Source: Bugula neritina (Eukaryota > Animalia > Bryozoa). Taken from it: DNA of 64,000 bases. Where the stretch lies: the NCBI GenBank assembly GCA_964035545.1, contig OZ037769.1, forward strand, positions 8,103,929 through 8,167,928, written 5' to 3'. Below the pieces are notes generated by a model that searched no databases, had not been told where the DNA came from, and worked only from the letters and a program-made list of their open reading frames with translations. A program made the position numbers and the translations under genes. Positions 28,093 through 42,624 of the stretch are shown here, piece by piece; position 1 is the stretch's first letter, and every line of letters starts with the position of its first letter.

Positions 28093-30869
28093 TTATTTTA
28101 CAGCTTTTTAATGCACATGCATAATTATTTTTCAGTCTTTTTTTTTGAAAACAGAAAAAATGATATTTTAGGTTTAGCGGCTAGAATCCTGTTCCAAAGC
28201 ATTCTCATTTTTTCAATGTTATTCACAATTTCTTTCAAATTTTTTAAATATTTTTTCTATATAAGTTTGTTTTTTCAAAAACATGTAAAGCCAGCCAACT
28301 AATGAAAGACATGCTATTCATCAGATCCAACAAAATACCCAGAATAAATGATATAATAGTTTTAAAGTCGGATTGAGTAGTACCCTTCTGACTCAGTGTT
28401 ATAACTGCCTTGCTGCGTGTGTATCATTTTCACCACATCAATCTTTTATCATTTTCATCTTATAACTGCTCTTTTTAACAACACTCTTTAGCTTGCTACT
28501 TTAGCTAATATTCCTTTTTTTCCCATAGTTGGTTACTCTTTTACGAAGCTACTTTTATGTGAAATTTATCATTTTTGTTGTATACTGGTCCATCCATATA
28601 CAACAAAAATTAGTGCTAATACTCAGGGCTCTTTTAGTCCAGTCTAGAAAATACATTAAATGAAGTCCAACTTGACTTTAAAAAGCAAAGCCTTTTTCTC
28701 TGTTATTATTCAGTATTAGTAGCAGAAGTGGATTAATTCGTGGTAACTCGCCAGGTGTTTGAAGTATGACAAAGGTTTCAAACACATTCATTTTTAGAAG
28801 TTATAGTAAAAACACTTATTAAAGCAAAACAGTTAAAAAAACGTGTCAATTTTTATTGGATAAATTTTTGAAAAATTTTAACTAATAACGGTCACTTTGA
28901 GTGTAAAAAATCCTGACATTCATTGGAGCAGGAGAAGGCTGGGTGTTTCCATTTTGAGTTGGTGTTACATTTGTTTAAGTATTTGATCCTGAGCCAGTAT
29001 TACATTTGTTTGAGTCTTTTTATTCACAGTTGATCTTGAAACCGTTTAGGTTTAGGTTTTTCTAAACTTCATATTGCTAAGATTATAATAGTCTGTTGTG
29101 AGATGATGTCCTAAATACAATATGCTTTATCTAATCTCCTGTAATAGATGTACATATTCATAGATAATAGTACTTAAAAATAACCTATAGACACTTAAAG
29201 GGCTGACTTTGGTTTTTCAACACAAAAATCTTTGTCTAGATTTTTTAACAAAAGCGCTAGTTATAGTAAAAGCGGAAGCTTTTAAGTTTCCACAAACAAT
29301 AAACATTCTGCATGATTATATTATAGTTAGCTGGAGTAATGACAAAAATTTGTATTTTTGTGCAAGATAAATATCTTACTAAAAATTATAAATTTTATAG
29401 ATGTTATATATAAATAATATAAATAAAATTATATTTGGCAGTTTAGACTAGTGAATTGTTACTATTCTGCACCTACAATATTGTTATTACTAGTATAAGT
29501 GTTCACTGTTGTTGCTATTTCTTGAAATGATATTATTTACTAGTAGTTATAATAGTTATAATGTTGAACTAATGAATGTAACACAATAATCATATACTTA
29601 ACCAGCTCTTTTAGGTTAAATATGCTGTTCAGAATACAGAACAGCTGAGTGTATAATAATTAACAATCCATATCAAACAATAATTATAATGTCATAATGT
29701 CATTATATATAGCAATATTGTACATGTTAACAGAGAATTTACCAGATGCTGCATACATAAAATTAACAAAAGTGAAGCTGTAAGCAAGAATAGTTTTTAA
29801 AATAGCATTGGGTTGAAGTTATTTCAGTTATTCTTCAACAATGGCTTAATACTCATATGCTTGTATTGTTGCAATAGAAATGTTGATAATAATATTAGTT
29901 AGATATTTGAACTGTTATTAAAAAACGACTTTAATTAAAGTAAAATAAATAGTTTTGCAGTTAAATAACGTGAGATAAGATACTGCAGTCACATTTACCT
30001 ATTTACCTTTGAATTGTCTTCTGATGATTTAACTGTCAGCAGCAGAGTATGTGGATAATAGAAGGTGACAGCTGCCAAAGTTGGTGTATGTGGCCATGTG
30101 CAAACTTTAAACATAAGGATAATATATAAAGGTATACATGTAGGATGTTTAATTACTTGTTTAAAAGTAAAATATATCAATACCCAAAAAAACACATAGT
30201 CTAATCTTAGCTGTTAAAACTGTGTTCCTAAGCATATTCTTTTTTTTCAGTTTTTTTCACAACTTCTTTCAATGCTTTGAAATGATTTTTTTATATAAAC
30301 AAAAAGTGGCAAACATTTGCTATGCTCTTAAGTCTGTTTTTAAAACAACTAATTAAAGGCAAGTGTTTCATCAGCACCATATATTGACTCGGTGTCACAA
30401 CTGGCTTGCTGTGTGTGTATCATTTTCACCAGGTAGGCCGCAATATTTTTTTCAATCTACCGCTCCTTTTATAGCAATTTACCCTATAGCTTTCTGCTAC
30501 ATTTAATATCCCTTCTACTCCAATATAGTTGGCTAATTTTTCATTAAAATTTTTTCTGTTGCGATTTAATTTAATAAAGGCGTTTATAAAAATAAGTTTT
30601 AGCTGAGAGCTTTGTTTCAAATCCCACTGCCTTTTTGATAAAGATATCTTTGCCATGTCAAATGTATATTGTGACTAATATTCTTCAACTACTAAACTCA
30701 ATCTATGTCATCCTTAAAGTATCTTCATGTTATGATTTTATATACAGTATTTAACTAAAACCACACAAATAGCTAAATATAATAATTATGTATGCATTTG
30801 TTTATTACGTAACAATTCCCTTTCAAGCTATAATATAAAAAATAATAATTAACAATGCCTTATTTTTCT

Positions 30870-32900
30870 TATGTGGTTTGAGCACTTAGCCAAAAGGATG
30901 TTCTGTAAGTATATAACCTTTTAATTGACCAAACCAATCTTTGAAAGCTCACTTTTAAATACAACATGTAAAAATTTCATTTATCGAGTGAATGAATTCT
31001 ACAGCTTTATTTTCTAAAATGTTACAAGTTAGAAGCTCTGTACATGTTTTGCTGATAAACAGTGGTATTTTTAATTTTGGATCACATATACTACTTTAAA
31101 GGATGTCCCATTTCTGTACCTCATATCCGCTTTTAATGTGCTAATAACTTCTATTTCTATCTTTTCTTGGTCTCCTGAAATAGTGTCAGGTTTGTTGAGG
31201 TTAGCCATGCTTCAGCACAGCTCATCACAGTGTTTTCTGCACCACTTGCTACCTTGAATAGTGTGTCATGACCATTTACAAAAGATTTTGCTGTTCAGGA
31301 GTCAACTTGACCTATTTTTAGTTTGCCAGTAAGCTGGAGGTTATCCTATTGATTTTTTATTTCACTGACAACTTTAGACCCACCGCCTTTACTATATTGG
31401 TCTTTTTTATGATATTTGTGCCACACTGCCTTTTATCTGCATGCACAGTCGCCTTTTAAATGCCCATTTTTCCCAGTTCTGTTTTACTAGTGGTACTAGC
31501 ATGGAGCAGACTTTCATTTTTCTCCAATTTGCTTTATTGACTTATAGTGTCTTTTGGAATAATCTTTCCTTCCAGAGAAATTTTTTTACTTTATTTGTAC
31601 TGACAGTCACTACGTTTATATATGCGACTGTGAAGAGGCACTATAGCTCACTTTTTACTAGATATTAAGTTTGTTTACTAAACACAGTTTTTCTTTGATT
31701 AGCTGGCAGTTTTGATAATGTACTGCATCAACATTTTTTTATAACCTTGTCTACTGACATACCACTGTAGAAGTGACCTCACTGGTTCTACCGATTTAAA
31801 ATAAGTCCTTAAAGCTCAAGGTGATATAACCTTGTGATATTAGTTTTTTACTTTTTGCATTATCCCATACCAACCAAAGACGATTCTGTGTCTAAGTATC
31901 TTATTTAATGGAGCTGTTGCGTCAGCATTACTCCTTTGGTAGTTTAATTTGTATTTGGCAGTTAATGACTTCAATTCTGCATAAAAGGTATTTAAAGTCA
32001 CTTCTGTGAGTTGGTTCCTCGTATTGAGCTTGTATCTATCATGCACCACATTGCTCTTTCTAATGCAGTGCTGGTCCAAAGTATTAGTATGAACTAAAGT
32101 CTTTGATCTCCCTCATACTTTGCAGACGAGTCTACAATTCGAGCTGCACTATCACCTACTGTGTATAGCAGGGTTGAGGTAATTGTAATTGTAATTGGTT
32201 GTAATTAATTGTAATTTTTCAAGTAATTGAATGTAATTTGTAATTGATGTTAATTGTAACTGTAATTAATTGCATAGCCAATGTAATTGATTTTTCCAAC
32301 TACTTAATAATTACATAACAAAGACTTCAAATTTTCAAATCTTATACAATTCCTACCATGCATGCCTACTGGTTATTAAAAAGTTCATACCAATAATATG
32401 TAGTTTTGTATCATCCTACTAATCACTGTGGAGAACAAAGGAGGTTTACCATTGTCAGAACTGCCCCAAGTAGTTGGACCTCAGAAGTGACATCATATAA
32501 CTTTTATTTGTCTCCTGTGAAAACAAAAGTAATTGAATTGTAATTAATTACTGTACATTGCCGTGTAATTGTAATTATAAATCATTAGATTAATTTTAAC
32601 TGTAATTATAATTGTAATTGCAATTGACAAATTTTCATTTAATTTTAATAGTAATTAATTACTATCATATGTAATTGACCCCAACCCTGGTTTTTAGTAG
32701 CAATGCTTTCTGGGCACCTAATGACTATACTTAGGTGCCTAGATAAATTTTCTCATGACTTCAATGTACTTTTGAGTTCTTGAAAATTCACCTCTGTATC
32801 TGAATCAAGGCATGGAAGCTAAATCTTGGGTATATTCTCGAACACTAAAACTGCCCTAGGAGCTGTTTATCTGTTTTCTGCAGCCATTCTTTTTAAACTA
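30870..32900 (-). mobile_element. Decayed Ty3/Gypsy gag-protease remnant (right arm copy)
   Basis: Mirror of 22130-24290; ORF 31840-32079. Confidence 0.72.
32169..32689. mobile_element. hAT-like MITE (right arm copy)
   Basis: cagggttg.../...ccaaccctg at the same position within gag as the left copy. Confidence 0.78.
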
Positions 32901-33841
32901 CTGCGGCTGCCAAGTATGATATTTTATATTGTGAAAAGAAAAATTGAAATAAATAATTATTTATAATGATATAAGATATTTTTTCCTTGTTTTACTTTTG
33001 ATATTTTTAATTGTGATGCCATTGTTATCGTGGCTAAATATATCATAATGCATTCAGGATTTTCAATAATTTCAATAACAATTTAAAAATCAGAGCATAA
33101 GACAATGTCGTGGTTTCTAATAAAAGTTAAAAATTTTGCTGACCAGCAGAGGTTAGCAATAAAAAAGAAAACTCACTTTTACAGTTGAGCAAATATAGAT
33201 ATTAAAATAGATACTGAAATTTTTGAATAGACATTAAAATACCATAATTCTTTCAATGTAAGATTTTAAAGACACTGGACATGGACACGGACAGTATTTT
33301 TTAGGTGAAAAAAGTAAAGAAATTTTTAACATGAGCCACACTAAAGTGATATATGTTAGTTTTTATCCACAGTTAATTATCTTGTTGATTCCTCACTTTT
33401 ACCTAGAAAAAATAAGTCAAATTTTAATTTATTTGAGTTTGTTTATGGGGTCAACATATAATATATATCTAGTTTTTCTAATATTATATATAGATACATT
33501 ATACCCATTTTTTAAAATTATCTTTTGAGTGGGAGCAAAAACTATTTTCATCAATATAAAAGTATATTGTATTATAGATCACTGAAGCAAATAGCCCGCT
33601 AAATACATAGCTGCATATTACAGAAACTAACTTTTATTAACACACTGTTTAATATTACTGAATAATTAATAGGCTTCTTTCGGTAATTTTCAAAGAAACA
33701 TAAATAACTCTTCTTGTTGAATAAATAAACCAAAACTTTGCTAAATGAATTAGAAAGTCGTTTAATACAAGTTGCATAAGCTTATTAAAATTAAAACTTT
33801 TAAGCTGCTGTGCTCTTCTGAGACAGTTGTTTTCCTCAAAC

Positions 33842-36437
33842 ATAGCATTGCCACTGGTTTACACACTGCTGACTTTACTACTTGCGCCAGCTTTGGCTTT
33901 AACTATAAACATGACTCAGCAAATGTATTGTGTGAAGAATATCTCAAGGAACGTTGGTTCAAAATCTTACATTTTGGAGTCTCGAAAAGGTATAAACTTT
34001 GTTACTACATTTTAGCTGTAGCACTTGCAAAAGAATATGTGACAAAAAACATTCCATGCATTAGTATTAGCTTCAAATGTTTAATGTCTCTTCATAGAAA
34101 TTAAAATATATAATTTTTATGTTCTGAGCTTTAAAAGACATTTTAATAAATAATAGTTCTCCCCATGGCAATTTGAAGTAATAATTAGCTGTTTATAGGT
34201 GAGGTTATTAATTTACCTTTTTTGGAATCTTATAACATTAGTACATTAGTACTTTAGTACATTCAAATCTGATGAATGTGTTATTTCGGAACTTTGTGAC
34301 ACTGTATCATTATCTAAAATTTTATCTTATATAAAAACAGTTTTCTGACATTAAGTAAATACTTGTTGCTTTAACACACCTCTAAGCTTTCATTTGTTTA
34401 ATTGGTCAATTTGCAAACAAAACATCTCAAAACACAGTTGAGTGTCTGACGAATTGTAAGGGACTTTATTTGCATTTATATATACTACAATAAAAAAAAT
34501 ATTAATAATTAGCTTGATGAGCCCTAATAACTTTAATCAAAAAATATGGTAAGTATAATTATATTTATTACACAATATGGTAACTTTAATGAAACTAAAA
34601 AATGATAGGTTAATTGGTTGTAGCACGGAGTATGCTTCAGTGCATGACTCAATGCAGTTTCCACAACACCGAGTGTCAATCTGGTACCTTTGAATCATCA
34701 AACCAAGTTTGTCAGCTTTATAATGACAGCATTCTGAATCAGCTGGAGGATGGGGATAATAAGGAAACAATATACTTTATGAAGTTATTTTCTATAATGA
34801 TTGGTAAATATTTCATATAAAATACTCTACTCTATAAGACTTTGTTAATATATAGGAAGAAAAAATTGATTGTTTAACTGAATAATAAACAGGTGTGAAT
34901 ATTAACTAATACTATAAGAACTTACCCAAAACAATGTTGGATCAATGCCAAGTTTTTCAATTACAAAATAGTTAAATGTATACTGGCATAACTACTTTTA
35001 GATCAGACATCTGCAGATGTGATCACTTATTACAATAGAATTATTCCTTCTACATATGAGTCCTGCCTGTCTCTTTGTTCTTGTGACCAATCTTGTGTTG
35101 CCGTGTCATATGACAAGAACTCTTCAACCTGTTTCCTGTCTGATGAACCAAATTTACTGAACACCACACAGGAAGCAGGTAGATTCTGTTCGGTTAAGAA
35201 GATCTACTCCGAAGACTTGGTAACCTATGGCTTCTCATCCAATCTTGCTAAAGGTAAAACAGCTTTCTTGTTGAAACTCTTTCGAATTATAACTTTTCTA
35301 GACAAGCGCATGAAAGATATTTGATGAGCTAATTTCGGAAATACAACTATTATAATAAATAGCAACATATTTTCAAATTTTTCATGTTAGGAATATTTTT
35401 GAATTATGGTTAATATTTTTGAAATGATCGTATCACATGTATTATATCTATTTATTCACCAAACAGTATACTCATTCATATGACATGCATTATTCAACCA
35501 GCAAACATGACAGTTTTCTCACATTTTGTCCACCTGATTTTAGACAAAGCAGTTAACATGAGCAGCATATACCATGCAAGTTATTCAGGCTACAAGGCTA
35601 CTGATGGTATTTACCTCCCTTCTGACTCTAGTCTGGGAGATCTTGACAGTTTAACACACACTTCACCAGAGCTGTCTCCATGGATACAAGTGGATTTAGC
35701 CATCAACTACTATGTTGATGGAGTCAAAATCTGGGACAGATCTGAAAGCCATAGTTCCGGTGAGTCAATAGAGTAATTGTTGAGATTTACAAGTTATTTG
35801 TTATAACAATGTTTCAATGTACTAACTTTTTTAAAAAAAGAATGAATAACATTTGTATAAGCTGTTTATACTAGCTAACACATGATAAAATTTAAAATAT
35901 TCTGTTAAACTAGCTTTGGCTAAAGCAAATAATTAACCTGGTGTCAACATTAGAACAAAATAACCAGCATTGAAAAGCATAGAAAACTATATCAGCTCAA
36001 ACTAAAGGCTTTTATGGCTTTGTATTTACTATTGGCTGTTTACAATTTTAATTGCAAATAGATTAATGATTTATGTACATGTAGATATATGTATGTAGTA
36101 GTCGAGCAATGATTAGTAAAATTAGGACTACATGTCCAGTTCAAAAATGATTACATTCCAAGTTCATAGTTTATACGATCCTCATCTTTTAGCTAGCAAT
36201 GACAGACTGGCCAATATCAGAGTAACAGTTGGTAAAACTGATACTAACTTTGATGATCCACCAGAGAAAGAGATCTGTGACTATCTTTCTGGACAACCAG
36301 CAGCAGATATATTTCTGGTTACATGCCGTACTAGAATGTATGGTAGATATGTGAGAATAACAGCTGTTGAAGTAAATAAAGCACTCAATATTTATGAGCT
36401 TGAGATTCATGGACTGGAAGCTTTTGATAAGCCTTAG
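33842..36437 (+). CDS. PAN-PAN-F-type lectin paralogue, copy B (start codon ATG>ATA; otherwise open)
   Basis: Exons 33842-33989, 34624-34803, 35002-35253, 35544-35759, 36193-36437, with the same sizes and phases as copy A and no stops or frameshifts. Next in-frame ATG at 33911. Confidence 0.75.
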
Positions 36438-36968
36438 CAAACAGGATACATCAATATAGAGCATTTAAAAAATTGCATAACTATAATAAAGTTTTTTTAT
36501 TCAAATATAATATAACAATAGATAAAACTAGCAAAATAGATCTGCTGTATCAAATCAACATGCTATATTTAAAATAAGCAGAAATTTTGGAATGAACAAA
36601 ATAGAATAACCTTTGATAAGCACAGAGTATATAAAATAATATATTACAAATCTAATAACCTTTTCACCCAACTATAGGTATAATGTACCAATGCTTGTTA
36701 TTTTTATTTATTTTTAGACTATTTAATCAAAAATTTCTGTAAAAATATTTACCTAAACAAATTTAGGCTTGATAGTTTTGTTGGACTAGTTTAAGCCAAA
36801 TTGATATTTTCTCTGTTGTGTATGGTAGATAATTTTTGTTGTAAAAGCAGATGCATGATTAGAATCATTCTCTCTCTTATTATTTACTGTTTATAAAATA
36901 AAACTTTGTATTATCAGAAATAAAAATGTGTACCTAAATTACTGTTTTAATAAATATGTTCATGGCAA

Positions 36969-37099
<131 letters not shown>

Positions 37100-38476
37100 T
37101 ATTGGATTTTTGGTATATAGCTCAAAGTAATTTTTTAACTTAGAAAAAAACGTTTTATTTTATAATTTATGACTGTACTTCGGAAGCAAATAGTCTGACC
37201 ATTGTCTCTTTTAAAATAATTAATGCTATTTAAAATGTGCTGAGCAGTTTCACAAGTCAGGCTTCATTAACAAGCTTGATTTTGGCTACTTAGTTAATCT
37301 ATAATAAGTACACTATAATATTAGAGTTCGGCCTTCAGAAAAGAAATCTTTGAAGTGTTAAAATGATAATACAGAAGCCTTTATAATCAACATTATTAAA
37401 TCGCAATACACTAGCATTTCTAAACTACAGTTGATAAATCAATATTGTGTAACTTTATACTACATTTTGTTTTGTTTAAAGTTATAACTATGAATAAAGT
37501 TTTTAGTAAATGAAATATTGTGCAAAAAAGCAACTATAATACTTATGCACATATATTGATTATATAAACCCTAACCAAAAAATATAATCTACTTGTCTTT
37601 CATTTATAATTTAACAGTAATATACATACTAATCAATTTTTCTTTTTATGTCTCAAGAAAAATAAGATAAAGCTTAGTGCATTTGTTTTTTAATAGAAGC
37701 CATGGGTGACCCTTTATTAGAATTTAAAGTGTATATGCAAAACCTATAAGTTTATGAGTAACTTCACCATTATTGCTCAACAACAACATTTTGCATTTTA
37801 GTGGGCCACTGAAAACTAACTGTTTCTAAATTAAAATGTTGTGATGATTGCAAAACTAAATTTCTAGAATTGTATCTCTACCCAAATTCAAGCAATTAGG
37901 AAAAATGGATATCCAGCATCTTGAACGGATGATTCAAGTAAAAGTATTAATTTCACAAAATAGTATCCAATATTAACTAGCTGTCTATAAACAAATTTGT
38001 TTGATGAGATACCAAATTTGATTGTTTTTTTTAAGTCTGGGCTTTTTCTGAGTTTGTAATTTATGAAATGCTATTTTAATTCAAAACCAAGTTTTCAATA
38101 GAAGCATATAAAATGAAGGAAACAAGCAATGTAATATTAAATGCTTTTTATACTGATAGGTAAAATATTTAAATTGAAAAAAACACATAGCATGGGAGCT
38201 TGTTGAAATCTCTTGAGCATCCGCTTAGTGAGTCTTTTATTAGTTTAGTCCCAGGTAGACGCTTCCCAGTTACATGCTAGACTACACAGAGAGAAATATT
38301 AGTGTTAGAGTGAACATTAGCTGACAACTAAAACCTCTCGTTTTTTGGATCCCTAAATTGACCAGCAGTGAATAGAAATTAGTGTCAGGTACTGTTCACA
38401 GTGAATAGTATGTTAGATCAATGGTGATATAAAGAGTTGTGAAGTTGATTCTTTGTATTTATCACAATGAGCCAAG

Positions 38477-38760
38477 TTATGTTCAATAGTGATCTAATAT
38501 AAGTTCAGTGGTTATCTAATATATGTTCAGTGGTTATCTAATACATGTTCAGTGTTGATCTTATATATGTTCAATGGTGAGCTTATATATGTTCAATGGT
38601 GAGCTTATATATTTTCAACGGTGATCTTATTTATTCTCAATAGTGATATTATATATGTTTAATGATAATCTTATTTATGTTCAATGGTGATCTTAGTTAT
38701 GCTCAATGTTTTACTAAGTTATATTCAATGCTGAACTTATAAATGTTCCATGCTGCTCTA
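38477..38760. repeat. 22-bp minisatellite (~13 degenerate units)
   Basis: Unit approximately atatatgttcaatggtgatctt. Confidence 0.85.
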
Positions 38761-39062
38761 ATGTTTGTTGGAAATAAGCTTCTGCAAAAAATTATTTCTG
38801 ATCATTCTGAACTAACTTGTTATAACTTTTAACCAGTATGAGAGTATAGTAATGTGGATTTTATTGTATATAATAGTTGAATATAAGAAATGCAAAAAAA
38901 ATAACTTTTAAAAATTAAAATAAGAAAAAAACATGAAAATGAACATTTGCAGAATTTTCTACGACTTTAAATTCAGTTAACTTTTCTCAATATTAGCAGA
39001 ACCTGCTAAGACCATAGTGTCTGTCATTACATTCTTGCTCTGTAGTGTAGCGATAACCAAGC

Positions 39063-39135
39063 AGTTGTGGTGTGTAATGGTCAACACACTTGTGTGCAAG
39101 TCCGAGGTCTGTGATAGGAACCCAAGTACGGGAGG
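39063..39135 (+). mobile_element. Degenerate tRNA-derived SINE head
   Basis: tggtgtgtaatggtcaacacacttgtgtgcaagtccgaggtct, similar to 28017-28092. Confidence 0.45.
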
Positions 39136-42100
39136 GGGAGGGGAAAATTTTATAACTAATTTCAGCGGTTAGTAAAGTGTTGTAGTACTCCAAGAGGAGT
39201 TGAGTGGCCAGGGAAGTCTGAAGGAGTAGTATAAAAATGGCAGCTGAGTTCTTGAGAAGTGGGTGAGGTGTAGTGTCGAGAGCACCCAGTGAAGCTTGTA
39301 ATGTAGTGGTGAGTGCGTCTGCTTGCAGGCTGAAGGTCTCAGCATGATTCGAAGTTTTGTAGCGATCAAATTCTTTTTTGTGCTCCTATTCAGCATCTTT
39401 GAGTGCATGTTCTTGAAAAATGTTAAGGGATCTACAACAAAAGATAAAAGTTGTTTAAAATTAAAACTCCTATTAGTATGAACAGTAAAAATGTGTTAAG
39501 ATATACAATCACAAACTTAAATAAATTAAGTTCAACTTTGTAGAAGCTGAAGTCTAAGGCCAAAACTAATAGTATTAACAACGCTAGCTATAAATCTCTC
39601 AGCATAATTTCAGTGTCATCATAATAACTGAATAACTGTACAGGCTTTGGCAAACTTATGATCGTTATGTTGCGTAGTGTTTGGGTCAGTTTGAGCTTAT
39701 CAAAATTTAGTAACAATTTTGGATCATTTTATTTTACTTCTTTCTTAATTACAAATGCAAGAGCTGTTGGGCATAGTTAGTTTAGTTGATAGAAGCTTCT
39801 CTGCAAAAATATCTCAAAATGTCAGAGAACCACAATTTAAGCTAGAGTCAGCATTTTATATAGACCCCTCATATTGAGATAACAGATATTGATAAGTTTC
39901 AGTACAATATAATAAAGTACTACCAAAAAAATATTGCTACTTAAACATGTTTTTATATCTAATTGTGCTGTGCAAAGATAAATAAAAGAATAAACTGGTA
40001 GCACGGAGGTTAATAAAAAAATTTGCCAACTTTGCCAACTCACCACTAATATTGGCATTTTGGTACTTAGCTATAAAACAAGAAGCTAGCTTGGCAGCTG
40101 CTTAAGGCTAATAACTACTTTTAGACTGCTAAACTGCATTATTAACAATACTTCTACAATGGGGGGGGGGGGGGGAATTCAAATTAATGAATTTAGCACA
40201 AATTGCTAGAAGGTGAAGTAGAAATAAAACGCTAAATTTTTTGAAAATAGATTGTTACAGGAAAACTCGTATCAAATTGATATAGGAATAGAGTAGTTTG
40301 GGAAATATCAGTCAATGTGGTCTCTTTGTAGTGTCCTTTATAATAAATAGTAAAATTTCATAAATTTGGTTTTATTTAGTTTGCTTACTGACACTCTGCT
40401 GCCAATTTGTTCATAACTGTCATAATATATATCAATTAGCAATTTAGCATTTACCGACATTGCCACACTGCGTTTGTGTTGTCACATATTCCAACAGCGA
40501 TGAATCACCCATCCTTAGTGTACTCTTTAGCACTTGTTTGTCACTGTTTTTTTTATCTTCAAGACCATTTTAGTATCACTCGGTGCATTGCAAGTTTTAT
40601 TTTGCACTGGCTGCACTCAAAAAACCATGACTAAGAAGCTGAGTGCACTAGCTTTACACATGCCGACAAAAACAGTTAAAATACATTTAGCCAGGACATT
40701 ATCGTAAGAACCCTCAAGCGTCAAGGTTCCATTCTCATCTACTCTCACATAATATTATAGCTATTTTTACAAACACACGGTATAAAATGTTGCTTTCTTT
40801 ATACTACTAACTCTCTCCTAGAAAGGGTGAAAGAGGTATGCTTTTATATATTATAACTTTGTTGATTTATACTGTTACTTTGAATATTTTAATAATTATA
40901 AAACAAGCAATTTATCAAATTCTTTTATGTACTTTTCTGTGTTTAATTTGCTCTTATTCTATCATATTTTAATCATTTTGTTTTGTGAAAATTGTAGTTT
41001 CACGGTGTAAAAGGTGTAAATGGTGTGAACAGTGTAAATCAATAAACTATCTACACTAAAACATACACCCGTATGGAACTTTCATAGCAAACTAGGAGGG
41101 CAGTTACATCTTAAAAGTTATAGTTGCACAAATTCAATTATCTGTCTACAGCAATAGTCATACTGTCATTGTGATATAAAATGACAACGTTAAGCAAATG
41201 ATTGAGCTTACCTTTTGCTGCAATGACAACTTCAGTTCCTAACTCTGAAAGAAAGTGATCATCTTCTATCTCTGAGAGGTAACTGCAATCTTTACCCATG
41301 TGATGAAATGATTCAATGTTTTCCATGTTGTGAGGTTGTTTGGAAGCACAAATTCACTGAATCTCAAAGCACAACCTTTTAGTCTGAGCCTCTGGTGTTC
41401 ACTATGCCGGCAGAATATTTCTTCTGTCAATAGCAGTGAATGAAAACTATGTGCTGTTATGTAATAACCTTTGTTTGCTCTTTCTATGCTTGGTAAGCCA
41501 GTTTCTTGCCTTTGAATTACAATTTAAATATTTCCTTACTATAGCTCTGTTATGCAACATCTTCTTTTGTTCCACCAGGTAGTTTACGCAAGTTACACAA
41601 GGCTTTTGAAGTGGTTCACCTGATCCACAATTGACTATTCAGTAGCTTGTTTCATTGTTAATTTTAAGCTTCTTGTTTGAAACACATTTGCTGATAACTG
41701 AGTACATTAGAGTTTAATGGTGCATCTCCCTGATCTCTCTTTTACACACATTTTAAATTAGTTGGCTTTCCTTTCCATGAATGAAATTGACTAGTGAAGC
41801 CTAAACTACCCATGCAAGAGATATGTGCAGTTGAAATTTTTTGTTGATAAATTCAACTTAAGTCTTTGATAAACGGAGTGGGCAATGTTTGTTAGTAGTC
41901 TGGTAACAAGCTATTTGAAAATATCTTGGATTCAAAAAAATTTCGAAATCATAAAAAGCTAGTAGTTTGAAGGAGTTTCATTCCACTTATATGCTCCCCG
42001 GTTAGGTTGTATTTTTTGTTTTGGTACTAAGTATTATATACCTATATACCCTTATATAACTTTCATATCAATTGCTAAACATAAAATAACCATTAATATA

Positions 42101-42624
42101 ATATATTTGCAATAATATTTAAATTTTTCCAAAATTGTGTTGAAAAAAAGCATTAAATGCATTAATAATAACATTTTTTCAAAAAACAAAAAATATAGAA
42201 AATGCAAAATTAATAGGTTTATGCAGAGCAAAGAAATTTATTTGTGTGCCAATTATAAAAAGCAATTGACTCAAATTTATTTAAATACACATATATTTCA
42301 ATAGTATTCAAATAAATTGCACGTAAAATGTATAAATAGCATCTAACTGGGAAGCACCAATTGAAATGACCCAAATGTAGGGTTTAACTCTATCCTAGCT
42401 TCCTATAAAGGTTTGTGATCATCATTAGTGCACATGTGAACGAATAATGTTGTTAGGTGAACAACTGCCGATTGTTCCATAATTCTTATGTAAATAAAAT
42501 TTTGCTTGAACATATGTAGTTGTAGCATTGATCTCACTTTCTGCTCCTATCAACTACTGTTTAGCTTCATTCAGATCTAGGGATGATGATTACGTAATAC
42601 TTGTGAAAAGTAGCGTTGACTTAA

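Noticed and set aside
34513-34548. Candidate micro-exon or ATG|gtaagt start in copy B
   Set aside because: The ATG would be phase 0 and out of frame with the phase-1 exon 2, the phase-1 reading contains TGA TGA, and the segment is absent from copy A.
37835-37925. Possible THAP-like remnant (CCDDC...RKKWI-like)
   Set aside because: Too short and frameshifted to support.
38477-38760. CRISPR-like appearance of the 22-bp repeats
   Set aside because: Head-to-tail degenerate units with no unique spacers, in a eukaryotic context.
41138-41900. Coding-like minus-strand fragments
   Set aside because: No recognisable motif or termini; probably a decayed TE but cannot be assigned.
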